A model generated the notes under the pieces. That model saw only the letters and a program-made list of their open reading frames with translations. It was not told the DNA's origin and made no database searches. Position numbers and translations under genes: made by a program. 64,000 bases of DNA from Campylobacterota bacterium (GTDB taxonomy: Bacteria; Campylobacterota; Campylobacteria; Campylobacterales; Arcobacteraceae), in assembly GCA_051746405.1 (NCBI GenBank), contig JBNJFB010000006.1, forward strand, positions 1 to 64,000. Direction: 5' to 3'. Position 1 is the first letter of the stretch. Every line of letters starts with the position of its first letter. Below are positions 49,031 to 60,003 of this stretch, one piece after another.

Positions 49031-50089
49031 TTGGGTACTATTACATTTCTACTTGTCCTATCTTTTTTAGTATTTTTTCATGAGTTAGGTCACTTTTTAG
49101 CAGCTAAATTTTTTGGTGTAAAAGTACAAGTTTTTTCAATTGGTTTTGGAAAATCAATATATTCAAGAGAGTTTAAAGGCACCACTTGGCAATTTGCTAT
49201 TATCCCACTTGGTGGGTATGTGAAAATGAAAGGTCAAGATGACTCAAAACCTGCTTTAAAAGAGGATGGTAATGACTCATATAATACAAAAAAACCATGG
49301 CAAAGAATTATTATACTTCTTGCAGGTCCCTTTGCAAACTTTATTTTAGCTGCAATACTATATTTTGCTATTGCTATTATGGGTGCTTCAAGTTTAGCAC
49401 CACAAGTTGGAAAAGTGTTAGAAGACTCCCCTGCAAAAAAAGCTGGTCTTTTAAAAAATGATGAAATTGTTAAAATCAATAACCAAGAAATTCAAACATG
49501 GAGAGATATAGGTAAAGTAATTACTAATACACAAGGTGCATTAAACTTCTATATTAAAAGAGATAATAGATATATGATAAAAACCATAAATCCATATATA
49601 TCAGACTCTCAAAATATGTTTAAAGAGAAAATAAAAAAAAGAATGATAGGAATCTCACCATCAGGTGAGATTAAAAAGCTTGATTTAAACTTTGTAGAGT
49701 CTGTACAGTTTGCTGTTGAGAAAACTATTTTTGCCTCAACTATGATATTTCAAGGGGTACAAAAACTTATTCAAGGTATTATTCCAAGTTCTGAAATTGG
49801 TGGAGTTATTACTATTGGAAAAGTTATCTCTGATGCTAGTGAGTCTAGTATAATTGCTCTTTTAGGTATTACTGCTTTGATATCTGTGAATTTAGGTGTT
49901 TTAAATCTTCTTCCAATTCCTGCACTTGATGGGGGACATATTATGTTTAATCTTTATGAAATGATTGCAAGAAGAAAACCAAGTGACCAGGTTTTTATGT
50001 TTTTAACAATTGCAGGTTGGGTTATCTTAGCAAGCTTGATGCTTCTTGGAATTTACAATGATATTAATAGAATCTTTTTAGATGGTTAA
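49031..50089 (+). CDS. rseP: RIP metalloprotease RseP
   Basis: HELGH, PLGGYVKM, PDZ domain, NLLPIPALDGG. Confidence 0.95.
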   Translation: MGTITFLLVLSFLVFFHELGHFLAAKFFGVKVQVFSIGFGKSIYSREFKGTTWQFAIIPLGGYVKMKGQDDSKPALKEDGNDSYNTKKPWQRIIILLAGPFANFILAAILYFAIAIMGASSLAPQVGKVLEDSPAKKAGLLKNDEIVKINNQEIQTWRDIGKVITNTQGALNFYIKRDNRYMIKTINPYISDSQNMFKEKIKKRMIGISPSGEIKKLDLNFVESVQFAVEKTIFASTMIFQGVQKLIQGIIPSSEIGGVITIGKVISDASESSIIALLGITALISVNLGVLNLLPIPALDGGHIMFNLYEMIARRKPSDQVFMFLTIAGWVILASLMLLGIYNDINRIFLDG

Positions 50090-50100
50090 AGGAAATAAAA

Positions 50101-50781
50101 ATGGATAAAATAACTGCAACAAAAAATCTTGATAATGTTATTACAAAAGTTGAAGGTGCAAGATTAAGAGTATCCCATCATCATATAGTAAAAATCATAG
50201 GTATTAGTAAATACTCTAGCTTTGAAGATGTAGAAACACTATATGAAGCAGGTCAAAGAGCCTTTGGGGAAAACAAGGTGCAAGACTTAAAAGACAAAAG
50301 CAAAAAACTTGAAGAACTACCAATTGAGTGGCACTTTGTAGGAAGATTACAAAAAAATAAAATAAATAATTTAATAGATTTAAACCCCTCATTAGTCCAA
50401 TCAATTGACTCATTAGAGTTAGCTCAAGAGTTTAATAAAAAGCTTGAAGCAAAAGATAAAAAAATCAATGCCCTACTTCAAATAAACTCTGCAAAAGAAG
50501 ATAGTAAAGCAGGAGTTATGCCAGAGGATGCAGTTGCTATTTATAAAGAGATTTTAAATACATGTCCTAGATTAAAACTTAAAGGTGTTATGAGTATTGG
50601 TGCTCATGTTGAAGATGAAAAGATTATAAAAGAGTCTTTTAAAACTACTAAAAAAATCTATGACCAGCTAATTCCTCTTGGTGCAAAATATTGTTCTATG
50701 GGAATGAGTTCAGATTATGAACTTGCAATTTCATGTGGTTCAAATATGATTAGAGTTGGGTCCACCCTATTTAGAAAATAA
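50101..50781 (+). CDS. yggS: YggS-family PLP homeostasis protein
   Basis: FGENKVQ, WHFVGRLQKNK, SMGMSSDY, RVGSTLF. Confidence 0.93.
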   Translation: MDKITATKNLDNVITKVEGARLRVSHHHIVKIIGISKYSSFEDVETLYEAGQRAFGENKVQDLKDKSKKLEELPIEWHFVGRLQKNKINNLIDLNPSLVQSIDSLELAQEFNKKLEAKDKKINALLQINSAKEDSKAGVMPEDAVAIYKEILNTCPRLKLKGVMSIGAHVEDEKIIKESFKTTKKIYDQLIPLGAKYCSMGMSSDYELAISCGSNMIRVGSTLFRK

Positions 50782-50791
50782 AAGATATAAA

Positions 50792-51526
50792 ATGTCAAAA
50801 AAGATATATCTAGTTGGTGCAGGACCAGGTGAACTGGATTTACTAACCCTAAAAGCTATCAAACTTATAGAAAAAGCAGATGTTATTTTATATGATGCAT
50901 TAGTTAATAAAGAGGTTTTTCAATTTTGCAACAAACAGTGTCTTAAAATAAATGTTGGAAAAAGAAAAGGCAAACACCTAAAGCAACAAAGTGAAATAAA
51001 TAGACTTTTAGTTCAATATGCAAAAACACATAAAACCGTAGTAAGACTTAAAGGTGGAACTCCCTTTGTATTTGGACGGGGTTATGAAGAAGTTAGAGCT
51101 ATAAAGGAAGCTGGCTTTGATGTGGAAATAGTTTCAGGGGTTAGCTCAACTACTTCTGTACCAGAGAGTTTTATGCTTCCTTTAGTAGATAGAAAATTCA
51201 ATGATTCATATAGAACTATTACAGGGCATGATATAGATGTTTTTAGTGATATAATCAAATCATACCATGAAAGGGAAAATTTAATTATTACTATGGGTAT
51301 TTACAATATTAAAAATATTGTTTCATACCTTTTATCAATAGATTTTCCTAAAGAGTTGCCATTAGCTATACTTAGCAAAGGAACCACAATAGAATCAACC
51401 AAAAAAACATTTACCCTTGAAGAGATAAACAATAAAAATGAAATATTTTTTGAAGATTTAAAAAAACTAACCCCTGCAATACTTTTTATTGGAAGAGCGA
51501 TTAATGCTATGGAAGAAATTCAGTAG
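50792..51526 (+). CDS. cobA: Uroporphyrinogen-III C-methyltransferase
   Basis: LVGAGPG, YDALV, RLKGGTPFVFGRGYEE. Confidence 0.9.
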   Translation: MSKKIYLVGAGPGELDLLTLKAIKLIEKADVILYDALVNKEVFQFCNKQCLKINVGKRKGKHLKQQSEINRLLVQYAKTHKTVVRLKGGTPFVFGRGYEEVRAIKEAGFDVEIVSGVSSTTSVPESFMLPLVDRKFNDSYRTITGHDIDVFSDIIKSYHERENLIITMGIYNIKNIVSYLLSIDFPKELPLAILSKGTTIESTKKTFTLEEINNKNEIFFEDLKKLTPAILFIGRAINAMEEIQ

Positions 51527-51564
51527 TATTATAATAAATTAAATAAAAACTTTTTTTACTTTTA

Positions 51565-51879
51565 TTATCCTAAATCAAAGGGAGTAAAGGTTTGTTGTAA
51601 CTCAATGCTTGTAAATCTTTCATTCTCTTCTTCTAATATTTTTTTAACTTTTATTTCTATTGCATTAAGAAGAAATGTCTTATCATTGATTTTATCTGGA
51701 ATATCAGCCTGAATTTCTAATGCTTTTTCTTTAATAAATTCTAACTCTTCATTTTCTAAATTTGAACGAACCTTTGCTGCTAAAATATCTTTAATACACT
51801 CCTTATCATAACCACATTGTTCTATATTTGCACCAATTTTTTCTGCTTTTTGTTTGAGGATATCTAAATAAGAGTTCAT
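51565..51879 (-). CDS. Hypothetical protein
   Basis: 104-aa ORF with AAGGA RBS; no motif recognised. Confidence 0.65.
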   Translation of the reverse strand: MNSYLDILKQKAEKIGANIEQCGYDKECIKDILAAKVRSNLENEELEFIKEKALEIQADIPDKINDKTFLLNAIEIKVKKILEEENERFTSIELQQTFTPFDLG

Positions 51880-52052
51880 AAAAATCCTTTATATTTCTTA
51901 TTATTAAACTAAACTAAGTGTCTGCCAAAATACTATAAATATTATGATACTATTTAGGAGCTAAAAATCAAAATAATTAACACACTATTCATAGCACGTA
52001 TGATAAAATTATTTATATTTATAAATAGACAAAAAAATTTAAGGAATATTTT

Positions 52053-52976
52053 ATGAAAGATATTTTTCTTTTAGATGGTGGAGTTGGTCAAGAAGTATAT
52101 AAAAGAGGTGGGAAACCTTCTAGTCCAATGTGGTCAGCTAAAGTAATGATGAATAATCCTGAAATAGTAAAAGAAGTTCATCAGGATTTTATTAAAGCTG
52201 GGGCTACTATTATTAAAACTAATAACTACACTTGCACACCATCTAGATTAAAAAGAGATAGTCAAATTGAACTATTTGAACAACTACAACTTCAAGCTTT
52301 AGAAATAGCTAAAAATGCAAGATCAGAACTTGGATTAAGTGCGAAGAAGGTATCTATTGCAGGATGTTTACCACCATTGATTGGAAGTTATACTGTAGAT
52401 AAGCGTGCTTTTTCTGACTTGAAAAGTGAGTATGAACAGTTAGTAGCTATTCAAATGAAAGATGTAGATTTATTTCTTATTGAGACTATCTCAAGTATTA
52501 AAGAAGCAAAAGCTGCAACTGAGGCAGCTTTACAAGGTAAAAAACCTGTATGGCTTAGTTTGAGCCTATCAGACGAAAATCCTAAACTACTACGATCTAA
52601 AGAAACAATTAAAGAAGCACTTAAATCTCTAGAAAAGTATCCATTAGATGCGCTACTTTTTAACTGCTCTTTTCCTGAAACTATAGACCAAGGTATATTT
52701 TCACTAAAAGGTTTAGATTTAAACTATGGAGGTTATGCAAATGCCTTCACTTCTATAAATGCCCTCAAACCAGGAGGAACTGCTAATTTACTTTCAGCAA
52801 GATTAGATATAGATGAAAAGAAGTATGCCTCACATGTAATGCAATGGATTGAAAAGGGAGCAAATATTGTTGGTGGCTGTTGTGAAGTGGGTCCTTCATA
52901 CATAAGTCATATTTATAAACAATTAGAAATTAAAAATCATAATGTAATTTCCCTAAACAAAACAGTTGAAAATTAG
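52053..52976 (+). CDS. Homocysteine S-methyltransferase family protein
   Basis: LLDGGVG, HQDFIKAGA, IET, FNC, GGCC zinc ligands. Confidence 0.9.
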   Translation: MKDIFLLDGGVGQEVYKRGGKPSSPMWSAKVMMNNPEIVKEVHQDFIKAGATIIKTNNYTCTPSRLKRDSQIELFEQLQLQALEIAKNARSELGLSAKKVSIAGCLPPLIGSYTVDKRAFSDLKSEYEQLVAIQMKDVDLFLIETISSIKEAKAATEAALQGKKPVWLSLSLSDENPKLLRSKETIKEALKSLEKYPLDALLFNCSFPETIDQGIFSLKGLDLNYGGYANAFTSINALKPGGTANLLSARLDIDEKKYASHVMQWIEKGANIVGGCCEVGPSYISHIYKQLEIKNHNVISLNKTVEN

Positions 52977-52990
52977 TTTTATACATAATT

Positions 52991-53024
52991 TGATATGATA
53001 ATTATTTTAAATATTATCATATCA
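52991..53024. terminator. 12-bp perfect inverted repeat after the HMT gene
   Basis: TGATATGATAAT-N10-ATTATCATATCA. Confidence 0.5.
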
Positions 53025-53047
53025 TCAAAGTTAAACTTACTAATTAC

Positions 53048-53074
53048 ATCCCATTAGATAAAGACCAATGGGAT
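53048..53074. terminator. Hairpin downstream of trpC
   Basis: ATCCCATT...AATGGGAT between convergent genes. Confidence 0.5.
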
Positions 53075-53089
53075 TTTTAGGAGTTTTTT

Positions 53090-53872
53090 TTAATTTTTAA
53101 ACTTTTTAAGCTCATCTTCAATAGATGGAACTCTCATAAAGTGCTCTCCTATTAAAAATGCATCAGCCCCTACTTTGCTTAATCTACTTATAGTTTGCGT
53201 ATTTGATACACCTGATTCTGCTACTATAATTTTTCCATTTGGAATCATAGGAATTAACTTATCGCAAAGCTGCATATCCATTTCAAATGTATCTAAGTTT
53301 CTATGATTTATTCCAATTATAGTTGCACCACATTTTATAGCCTTTGTTAAATCCTCTTTATCATGAATCTCAACAAGCACTTCAAGTCCTAAATATAAAG
53401 CATAGTCATATAACTCTTTTAAATCTTTTGTACTTAATGCTTTTGCAATTAAAAGTATAAAATCAGCTCCATAAACTAAAGCTTCAACTATTTGATACTT
53501 ATCAACTATAAAATCTTTTCTTAAAAGTGGTGTTGGCACATATCTTCTAATTGCTGCTAAATACTCTAAATCACCTTGAAAATAGTGAGGTTCAGTTAAT
53601 ACTGAAATTGCATTTGCACCACTATTACTATACTCTTGTGCAATAGCAATTGGGTCGAAATCCTCTTTTATTACACCCTTTGAAGGACTTGCTTTTTTAA
53701 CTTCTGCAATTATTCTTATTGGTTCTTCTTTTGTTGATGTTAAATATGGTTTAACATCCCTTGGCGAAAAAGGGTTAGAAGCTAATGTTCTACCTAATAA
53801 ATCCAAAGGTAAATCTTTTTTTCTTTTTTCTAAATCAACTTTTGTTTTGTCTATAATTTCATCTAAAATCAC
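53090..53872 (-). CDS. trpC: Indole-3-glycerol phosphate synthase
   Basis: [34 protein letters not shown]. Confidence 0.97.
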   Translation of the reverse strand: MILDEIIDKTKVDLEKRKKDLPLDLLGRTLASNPFSPRDVKPYLTSTKEEPIRIIAEVKKASPSKGVIKEDFDPIAIAQEYSNSGANAISVLTEPHYFQGDLEYLAAIRRYVPTPLLRKDFIVDKYQIVEALVYGADFILLIAKALSTKDLKELYDYALYLGLEVLVEIHDKEDLTKAIKCGATIIGINHRNLDTFEMDMQLCDKLIPMIPNGKIIVAESGVSNTQTISRLSKVGADAFLIGEHFMRVPSIEDELKKFKN

Positions 53873-55185
53873 TTATTACACTCCTTAATTTTATCCCAGT
53901 GATGCTTTATCTCTTCATCATCTAAACCTGCTTGGTTTACAACATATTTCATATTTTCAAATGCACTTGTACAGTTGTTAGTTTTGTATTCACCCCATGC
54001 TAAGGTATCAATAAATGCAAGATTATTAGGGTCTTGCTTTAAAGCTTTTTTTACTAATTCAAGTCCCTGTTTTATATTTATATCATAATCTATCAATAAA
54101 TAAGCAAGGTAGTTTTGATAAGTAGGATTATTATTATTTGCCAAAACTTTTTCAAACTTTCTTACCACATCAAAAAGCACTTCACTTTTATCTATTGATG
54201 TCTCAAACTCCAACATTGCTATTTGAGCTAAATACTCTAAACTATTGCTATTTTTATAGAGTTTTTTTAATAGACTCAATGCTTTTTTAGGTTCATTTGC
54301 CCTTTGATATAAAAAAACTAATACCTCATCATCTTTTTCATTCTCTTCAAAAAAATCAATTGCACTATTTACATCTTCACTTACTAGATATTGAGCAAGT
54401 AAATTTTTTAAAGCATTAACATTCATATCATCTTTATATTTTATATAAATATTTTTTAGTAGCTTTATGGCTTTTTGTTTATTTTTGTCTTTTCTATAAA
54501 ACTCTAAAAGCTCAACACTTACTTTATAGTTATATCCATTTTTTAAAATATAGTTTTCTAATATCTCTTTTGCATCATCTTTTTTATTTAAATAGTAGTA
54601 TTTTATATTTGAAATGGTGACTAAATTTTGTAGCTTTTTATTTAACTTATAAGCTTTTTCAAAAAAAGCTACAGCTCTTTTGTACTCTTTTTTTTGTACA
54701 AAAACTGTTCCTAATAACTCATAATTGATCCCTTTTTTATATCTGTTTGCTAAGTCTTTAGCTATTTTTAAAGCTTGATTATAGTTTTTAAGCTTTATCA
54801 TACTTAGTACATAAAATCTTTTAATCTCTTCACTTTGTTCAATATTTAAGTTAAAACTATTAGGTGCATACTTCTGTATTGTTTCATAATCACTTAAAAG
54901 AAATGAAAGGGATAAAAATTTCAAAAAATACTCATACTTATTTGTCTCTTTAAAAAGTTTATAATACAAAGACCTGGCTTTTGAAAACTTTTTTTGCCTT
55001 TCATACTCAAGTGCAAATATAATATACTGATTCTCTAATAGATATTTATTGTGCTTAATTTCATCAAATATTTGTTTTTTTTCAGAACTGTTTTTATTAC
55101 TATTTGTATCTATATTTTTGCTAGAACAGCCAAGAAGAAAAACAAATAAAAATAGAACAGTTAGATATTTTTTATAGCGGGACAC
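53869..55185 (-). CDS. TPR-repeat lipoprotein
   Basis: Lipobox LLGC, TPR-like helices, NYLAY...DTLAW. Confidence 0.8.
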   Translation of the reverse strand: MSRYKKYLTVLFLFVFLLGCSSKNIDTNSNKNSSEKKQIFDEIKHNKYLLENQYIIFALEYERQKKFSKARSLYYKLFKETNKYEYFLKFLSLSFLLSDYETIQKYAPNSFNLNIEQSEEIKRFYVLSMIKLKNYNQALKIAKDLANRYKKGINYELLGTVFVQKKEYKRAVAFFEKAYKLNKKLQNLVTISNIKYYYLNKKDDAKEILENYILKNGYNYKVSVELLEFYRKDKNKQKAIKLLKNIYIKYKDDMNVNALKNLLAQYLVSEDVNSAIDFFEENEKDDEVLVFLYQRANEPKKALSLLKKLYKNSNSLEYLAQIAMLEFETSIDKSEVLFDVVRKFEKVLANNNNPTYQNYLAYLLIDYDINIKQGLELVKKALKQDPNNLAFIDTLAWGEYKTNNCTSAFENMKYVVNQAGLDDEEIKHHWDKIKECNK

Positions 55186-55550
55186 TCTTTTATTACCTCT
55201 TTTTTATTAGATTTAAAATATTCCCAAAAAGGAAATGTTTTACACTGTTTTGGTCTAAAATTATAAATTGTACAACACTTATTATTTAAATCAAAGAAAA
55301 TACATGCATAATTTTTTATATCTATCTGTTTTTCAGCTAATGAGTATTTAAACCCTACTTTTTTTAAATATTTTTGTGAAAAGTCAAAGTGATTTAACTC
55401 TAAATAACTAGCTAATAATTCAATCTCTTTTTTATTAATCCAAATATTGCCACTCTTTCCTATACAACAGTTACCATCACAACTACTACAAATAGATGGT
55501 TCAAACTTAAAATCAAAACCCTCTTTAGTTAGATATTTTTTCATGGTCAA
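55161..55550 (-). CDS. YkgJ-family cysteine cluster protein
   Basis: CSSCDGNCC, CIFF, CTIY..RP.QCKTFPFW. Confidence 0.88.
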   Translation of the reverse strand: MTMKKYLTKEGFDFKFEPSICSSCDGNCCIGKSGNIWINKKEIELLASYLELNHFDFSQKYLKKVGFKYSLAEKQIDIKNYACIFFDLNNKCCTIYNFRPKQCKTFPFWEYFKSNKKEVIKECPAIKNI

Positions 55551-56250
55551 CCTTTAGACTATGTGTTGATGTTCTTTTATAAATATCTTTGACCTCTAGT
55601 GTAAACTCACCATTATCAAAAACAGTAAGTGGACTCATAACTTTCATAAGTGATTTGGAGTTTTTTCTAGCATAAATTAAGACTAATGTTGCATCCTTTG
55701 AACTATTTGGATGAACAAACTGTATTGATTCTATATTTAACTTTGCTTTTTTTAGATATACAACTATTTCAGGAAACTGTTTAGAATCGTAACAAAAAAA
55801 GAACTTACCCTTATTTGTTAATACTTTTGATACCTTTTCTATAAAATACTCTAAAGGCAAAGAGTCAGTATACCTAGCAATTTTTTTATTTTCATTTTCA
55901 CTTTTAATTACATTATTATGATAAAAAGGTGGATTTGAAACACACATATCAAACTTTTTTTCAAAGTCAATATCTAAAAGTGAGCCTTTATACATTTTTG
56001 ATTTTATACCATTTATAAATGAGTTTTTTTGTGAGAAAAATTGAAACACATTCTGTATTTCATTTTGATTTAAAAAGAGTCTTTCATATTTCCTTGAAAC
56101 TAGTAAACCAAGTATGCCACTACCACTTCCTATATCCAAAAGCTCACCATTTATATTTTTGTATTTTTTTAGATTTTTACAAATAAACTCATATAAAAAA
56201 TGTGTGTCACTATTGTAGCAATAGCCCTTTTGTGGTTGATATAAAAGCAA
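55525..56250 (-). CDS. tRNA1(Val) A37 N6-methyltransferase-like SAM methyltransferase
   Basis: YQPQKGYCYNSD, LDIGSGSG, SNPPFY. Confidence 0.8.
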   Translation of the reverse strand: MLLYQPQKGYCYNSDTHFLYEFICKNLKKYKNINGELLDIGSGSGILGLLVSRKYERLFLNQNEIQNVFQFFSQKNSFINGIKSKMYKGSLLDIDFEKKFDMCVSNPPFYHNNVIKSENENKKIARYTDSLPLEYFIEKVSKVLTNKGKFFFCYDSKQFPEIVVYLKKAKLNIESIQFVHPNSSKDATLVLIYARKNSKSLMKVMSPLTVFDNGEFTLEVKDIYKRTSTHSLKVDHEKISN

Positions 56251-56543
56251 TCTTTTCCTTTAAGTTTTTAATATTATATCAAATTAAATATATATACTTT
56301 TTTAAACTATAGTTAATAATAGCTTTATATGAACTATTATGAATAAAATTTAAGCTTTAATATAGCTTGCTATTTGAAATATATCCTTAAAAAAAATCTT
56401 GTATCAAAATGTAACAATAGTCAAATTATAAACTCTTAAACAGCTTTTTAATTAATTATTGAATATTAGATAGGTTATCATTCATAAATAATATTTGAGA
56501 TTCCAATCAACTATTGATATAAGTAAAAATATAAGGAGAAATT

Positions 56544-56861
56544 ATGTCTACTATGGAAGCTCCTGCAAATACTCCTGTTTGGGTAAATGAAGATAGGTGT
56601 AAAGCATGTGATAAGTGTGTTTCTGTTTGTCCAGCTGGTGTACTTGCAATGAGACAAGAGGTGACTTCAACTTTAGGTTCAATGATTAAAGTTGTTCATC
56701 CAGAATCATGCATAGGATGTACTGACTGTGAGTTAGCATGTCCAGATTTTGCAATTTATGTTGCAGATAGAAAACAGTTCAAATTTGCTAAATTAACTGA
56801 TGAAGCAAAAGAGAGAAAAGAAGCTGTTGTAAGAAATAATTTTAGAGAATTAGAGGCTTAA
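56544..56861 (+). CDS. oorD: 2-oxoglutarate:acceptor oxidoreductase delta (ferredoxin) subunit
   Basis: Two CxxCxxCxxxCP motifs; first gene of the operon. Confidence 0.93.
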   Translation: MSTMEAPANTPVWVNEDRCKACDKCVSVCPAGVLAMRQEVTSTLGSMIKVVHPESCIGCTDCELACPDFAIYVADRKQFKFAKLTDEAKERKEAVVRNNFRELEA

Positions 56862-56870
56862 GGAGAATTA

Positions 56871-58001
56871 ATGGCGAGAGAAGTTATAGCAACCGGTAAT
56901 GAATTAGTAGCAAAAGCTGCTTTAGACTCAGATTTAGAGTTTTTTGGTGGATATCCTATTACTCCTTCAAGTGAAATAATGCATATTTTATCTTCTGCTT
57001 TACCTGCAAAAGGAAGTGCATGTATTCAAATGGAAGATGAAATATCTGGTATATGTACAGCACTAGGTGCAGCAATGTCAGGTAAAAGATCAATGACAGC
57101 TTCATCAGGACCTGGTATATCTTTAAAAGCAGAAAACTTAGGTGTAGGTTATATTTCAGAGGTACCTTTAGTAGTAATCAATGTAATGAGAGGTGGACCA
57201 TCAACAGGTCTTCCAACAAGAGTTGCTCAAGGGGATTTACTTCAAGCAAAAAATCCAACTCATGGTGATGTTAAATCAATTACATTAGTTCCAGGTAACC
57301 TTAAAGAGTGTTATACAGAAACAGTAAGAGCATTTAACTTAGCAGATAGATTTATGCAGCCTGTATTTGTTTTATTAGATGAAACAATTGGTCATATGAG
57401 TGGTAAAGCATCAGTTCCTGATTTAGATGAAGTAGTAGATCAAAGAGTATCTAGAAAGAAATTCGAAGGTGATCCAAAAGATTATAAACCTTATGGAGTA
57501 AAGCAAGATGAGCCAGCTGTATTAAACCCAATGTTTGAGGGTTATAGATACCACTTCACAGGTTTACATCATGGACCAACAGGCCACCCAACAGAAGATG
57601 CAAAAGTTTGTGGTGATTTAATGGAGAGGCTATTTAAAAAAGTTGATGACCATATGGATGAAATTGAGTTAAATGAAGAGTATCTACTTGATGATGCGGA
57701 TATTATGATTATTGCTTATGGTTCAGTTTCATTAGGTGCAACTGAAGCAGTAAATAGATTAAGAGACCAAGGTATAAAAGTAGGTATGTTTAGACCTAAA
57801 ACAATTTGGCCTAGTCCAGCAAAAAGAATAAAAGAATTAATGACAAAATTTGATAAAGTATTAGTAGCAGAATTAAATATGGGTCAGTTTGCTGATGAAG
57901 TGCAAAGAGTGTCTGGAAGAGATGACTTTGATACTTTATTTAAAGTAAATGGAAGACCATTATCACCTATTGAGATTATTGAAAAAGTGAAAGGAATGTA
58001 A
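56871..58001 (+). CDS. oorA: 2-oxoglutarate:acceptor oxidoreductase alpha subunit
   Basis: GYPITPSSE, QMEDEI, SGPG, RGGPSTGLPT. Confidence 0.95.
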   Translation: MAREVIATGNELVAKAALDSDLEFFGGYPITPSSEIMHILSSALPAKGSACIQMEDEISGICTALGAAMSGKRSMTASSGPGISLKAENLGVGYISEVPLVVINVMRGGPSTGLPTRVAQGDLLQAKNPTHGDVKSITLVPGNLKECYTETVRAFNLADRFMQPVFVLLDETIGHMSGKASVPDLDEVVDQRVSRKKFEGDPKDYKPYGVKQDEPAVLNPMFEGYRYHFTGLHHGPTGHPTEDAKVCGDLMERLFKKVDDHMDEIELNEEYLLDDADIMIIAYGSVSLGATEAVNRLRDQGIKVGMFRPKTIWPSPAKRIKELMTKFDKVLVAELNMGQFADEVQRVSGRDDFDTLFKVNGRPLSPIEIIEKVKGM

Positions 58002-58003
58002 TC

Positions 58004-58837
58004 ATGGCATTTAATTATGATGAATATTTAAGAACAGACAAAATGCCAACACTATGGTGTTGGGGATGTGGTGATGGAGTTATTTTAAAATCTGTAATTA
58101 GAGCCATTGAAAAAGTTGGATGGAATATGGACGACGTTTGTGTTGTTTCAGGTATTGGATGTTCAGGAAGATTCTCTTCATACATCAACTGTAACACAGT
58201 ACATACAACACACGGTAGAACATTAGCTTATGCTACAGGTGTAAAATTAGCTAATCCAGACAAAAAAGTAATTGTTGTTGGTGGTGATGGTGATGGACTT
58301 GCTATTGGTGGTAACCATACAATTCATGCATCAAGAAGAAATATTGATTTAAACTATATTATTATCAATAACTTTATTTATGGATTAACAAACTCTCAAA
58401 CTTCTCCAACAACTCCACAGGGTATGTGGACAGTTACTATGAGTAGAGGAAATATTGACCCAACATTTGATGCTTGTAAGTTAGTAGAAGCAGCAGGTGC
58501 ATCATTTATTGCAAGAGAGACTATGTTAGATCCTAAGAAACTTGAAAGAGTTTTAGTTAAAGGTTTCCAACATACAGGGTTCTCATTTTTTGAAGTATTC
58601 TCTAACTGTCACGTTAACTTAGGAAGAAAAAATAAAATGGCAACTGCAATGGCAAACTTAGATTGGATAAACTCAATATCTATTGCAAAAGCTAAATTTG
58701 ATAAACTAGAGCCACAAGAGCAAGAGGGTGTATTCCCAACAGGCGTTTTAAAACACGATAAAGATGCTCAAGAGTATTGTGAAGCTTACGAAAAAGTAAA
58801 AGAAGCTCACAAAAACAAAACAGCAGTACAACTATAA
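58004..58837 (+). CDS. oorB: 2-oxoglutarate:acceptor oxidoreductase beta subunit
   Basis: WCWGCG, SGIGCS, GDGD TPP-binding motif. Confidence 0.95.
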   Translation: MAFNYDEYLRTDKMPTLWCWGCGDGVILKSVIRAIEKVGWNMDDVCVVSGIGCSGRFSSYINCNTVHTTHGRTLAYATGVKLANPDKKVIVVGGDGDGLAIGGNHTIHASRRNIDLNYIIINNFIYGLTNSQTSPTTPQGMWTVTMSRGNIDPTFDACKLVEAAGASFIARETMLDPKKLERVLVKGFQHTGFSFFEVFSNCHVNLGRKNKMATAMANLDWINSISIAKAKFDKLEPQEQEGVFPTGVLKHDKDAQEYCEAYEKVKEAHKNKTAVQL

Positions 58838-58848
58838 GGAGAAACATC

Positions 58849-59418
58849 ATGGCTAAAACTTTAATGAGATTTACAGGAGTTGGTGGACAAGGTGTTCTTC
58901 TTGCAGGTGCAATTTTTGCAGCTGCTAAAATCAATGTTGGTGGTTATGGTTTAAAAACAGCTACTTATACATCTCAAGTTAGAGGTGGACCAACTGTTGT
59001 TGATATTACATTACAAGATGAAGAGATTTTATACCCTTATGCAAATGAAGGTGAAATTGATTTCATGTTATCTGTTGCACAGGTTTCTTACAACCAATTT
59101 AAAAGTGGTGTAAAACCAGGTGGAATAATTGTAGTAGAACCAAACTTAGTTTCACCAAGTGATGAAGATAGAAAAAAATGGAATATTATTGAAATTCCAA
59201 TTATTTCTATTGCAAAAGAGCAAGTGGGAAATGTAATTACACAATCAGTAATTGCTTTATCTATTGCTAACTACTTTACAAATGAAACTATAAAAAATGA
59301 AGATTTAAGAAAGACTATGCTTTCAAAAGTACCAGCAAAAGTACATGAAATAAACAATAAAGCTTTTGATTTAGGTCTAAAATACGCTAAAGAAGCAGAA
59401 GCAGCACAAGCATCTTAA
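58849..59418 (+). CDS. oorC: 2-oxoglutarate:acceptor oxidoreductase gamma subunit
   Basis: GVGGQG, YTSQVRGG, NNKAF. Confidence 0.95.
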   Translation: MAKTLMRFTGVGGQGVLLAGAIFAAAKINVGGYGLKTATYTSQVRGGPTVVDITLQDEEILYPYANEGEIDFMLSVAQVSYNQFKSGVKPGGIIVVEPNLVSPSDEDRKKWNIIEIPIISIAKEQVGNVITQSVIALSIANYFTNETIKNEDLRKTMLSKVPAKVHEINNKAFDLGLKYAKEAEAAQAS

Positions 59419-59427
59419 TAATATATT

Positions 59428-59453
59428 AAAAGAGAGTTTTTAACTCTCTTTTT
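59428..59453. terminator. Bidirectional intrinsic terminator after oorC
   Basis: AAAAGAGAGTT-TTT-AACTCTCTTTT hairpin between convergent genes. Confidence 0.75.
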
Positions 59454-59458
59454 GTTTT

Positions 59459-60001
59459 TTATTTTATATAGTTTTTATAACTCTGTATTTTCTCTTCTAA
59501 TCTTATTGATAAATGTATATTTGAATTTTTTAAACATGATAAAATAAACTTAGACTCATTATAGTATGCAACTATTTTTTCATTACTCCAATCTTTAGGA
59601 GGTTTTGCTAAATTTGAAACTCTATCTGCTAATTTTACCATTTGTACTTCATAAGGCTCGTTCATTAGTTTTTCTATACTATCTTGCATCTGTTCTTTTT
59701 TTGTTGGTAGTGAAGGATTTTTAGATAAAGCTTCAACACCATTTGCAATATTTGGTGAAAAATCAGTATATAAATCATCATATGTAACATCCGTATCTTC
59801 AATAGTATCATGAAGTAGTGCACAAGAAATAGCAAGATTTGATTTATCTTCATCCAAGTTTGTTTTTTCACAAGCGTTTATAACTTCCATAGCTACACTT
59901 ACAACATGCGTTAAGTATGGTAGTCCCTTTGGTGTTTTTTGTTCACCATGAGCTTTTGCTGCATATTTTAATGCTTTTAAATATACCTCTTGAGAAAACA
60001 T
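59459..60001 (-). CDS. HD-domain protein, small alarmone hydrolase (Mesh1/SpoT-HD-like)
   Basis: AHGEQ..PYLTH, LLHDTIEDT, VKLADRVSNL. Confidence 0.85.
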   Translation of the reverse strand: MFSQEVYLKALKYAAKAHGEQKTPKGLPYLTHVVSVAMEVINACEKTNLDEDKSNLAISCALLHDTIEDTDVTYDDLYTDFSPNIANGVEALSKNPSLPTKKEQMQDSIEKLMNEPYEVQMVKLADRVSNLAKPPKDWSNEKIVAYYNESKFILSCLKNSNIHLSIRLEEKIQSYKNYIK

Positions 60002-60003
60002 AA

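Noticed and set aside
51880..52052. SAM or other riboswitch upstream of the homocysteine methyltransferase
   Set aside because: No recognisable riboswitch consensus or stable structure; the region is AT-rich promoter-like DNA.
56251..56543. Fur/FNR-like boxes upstream of oorD
   Set aside because: Only weak partial dyads, as expected by chance in very AT-rich DNA.
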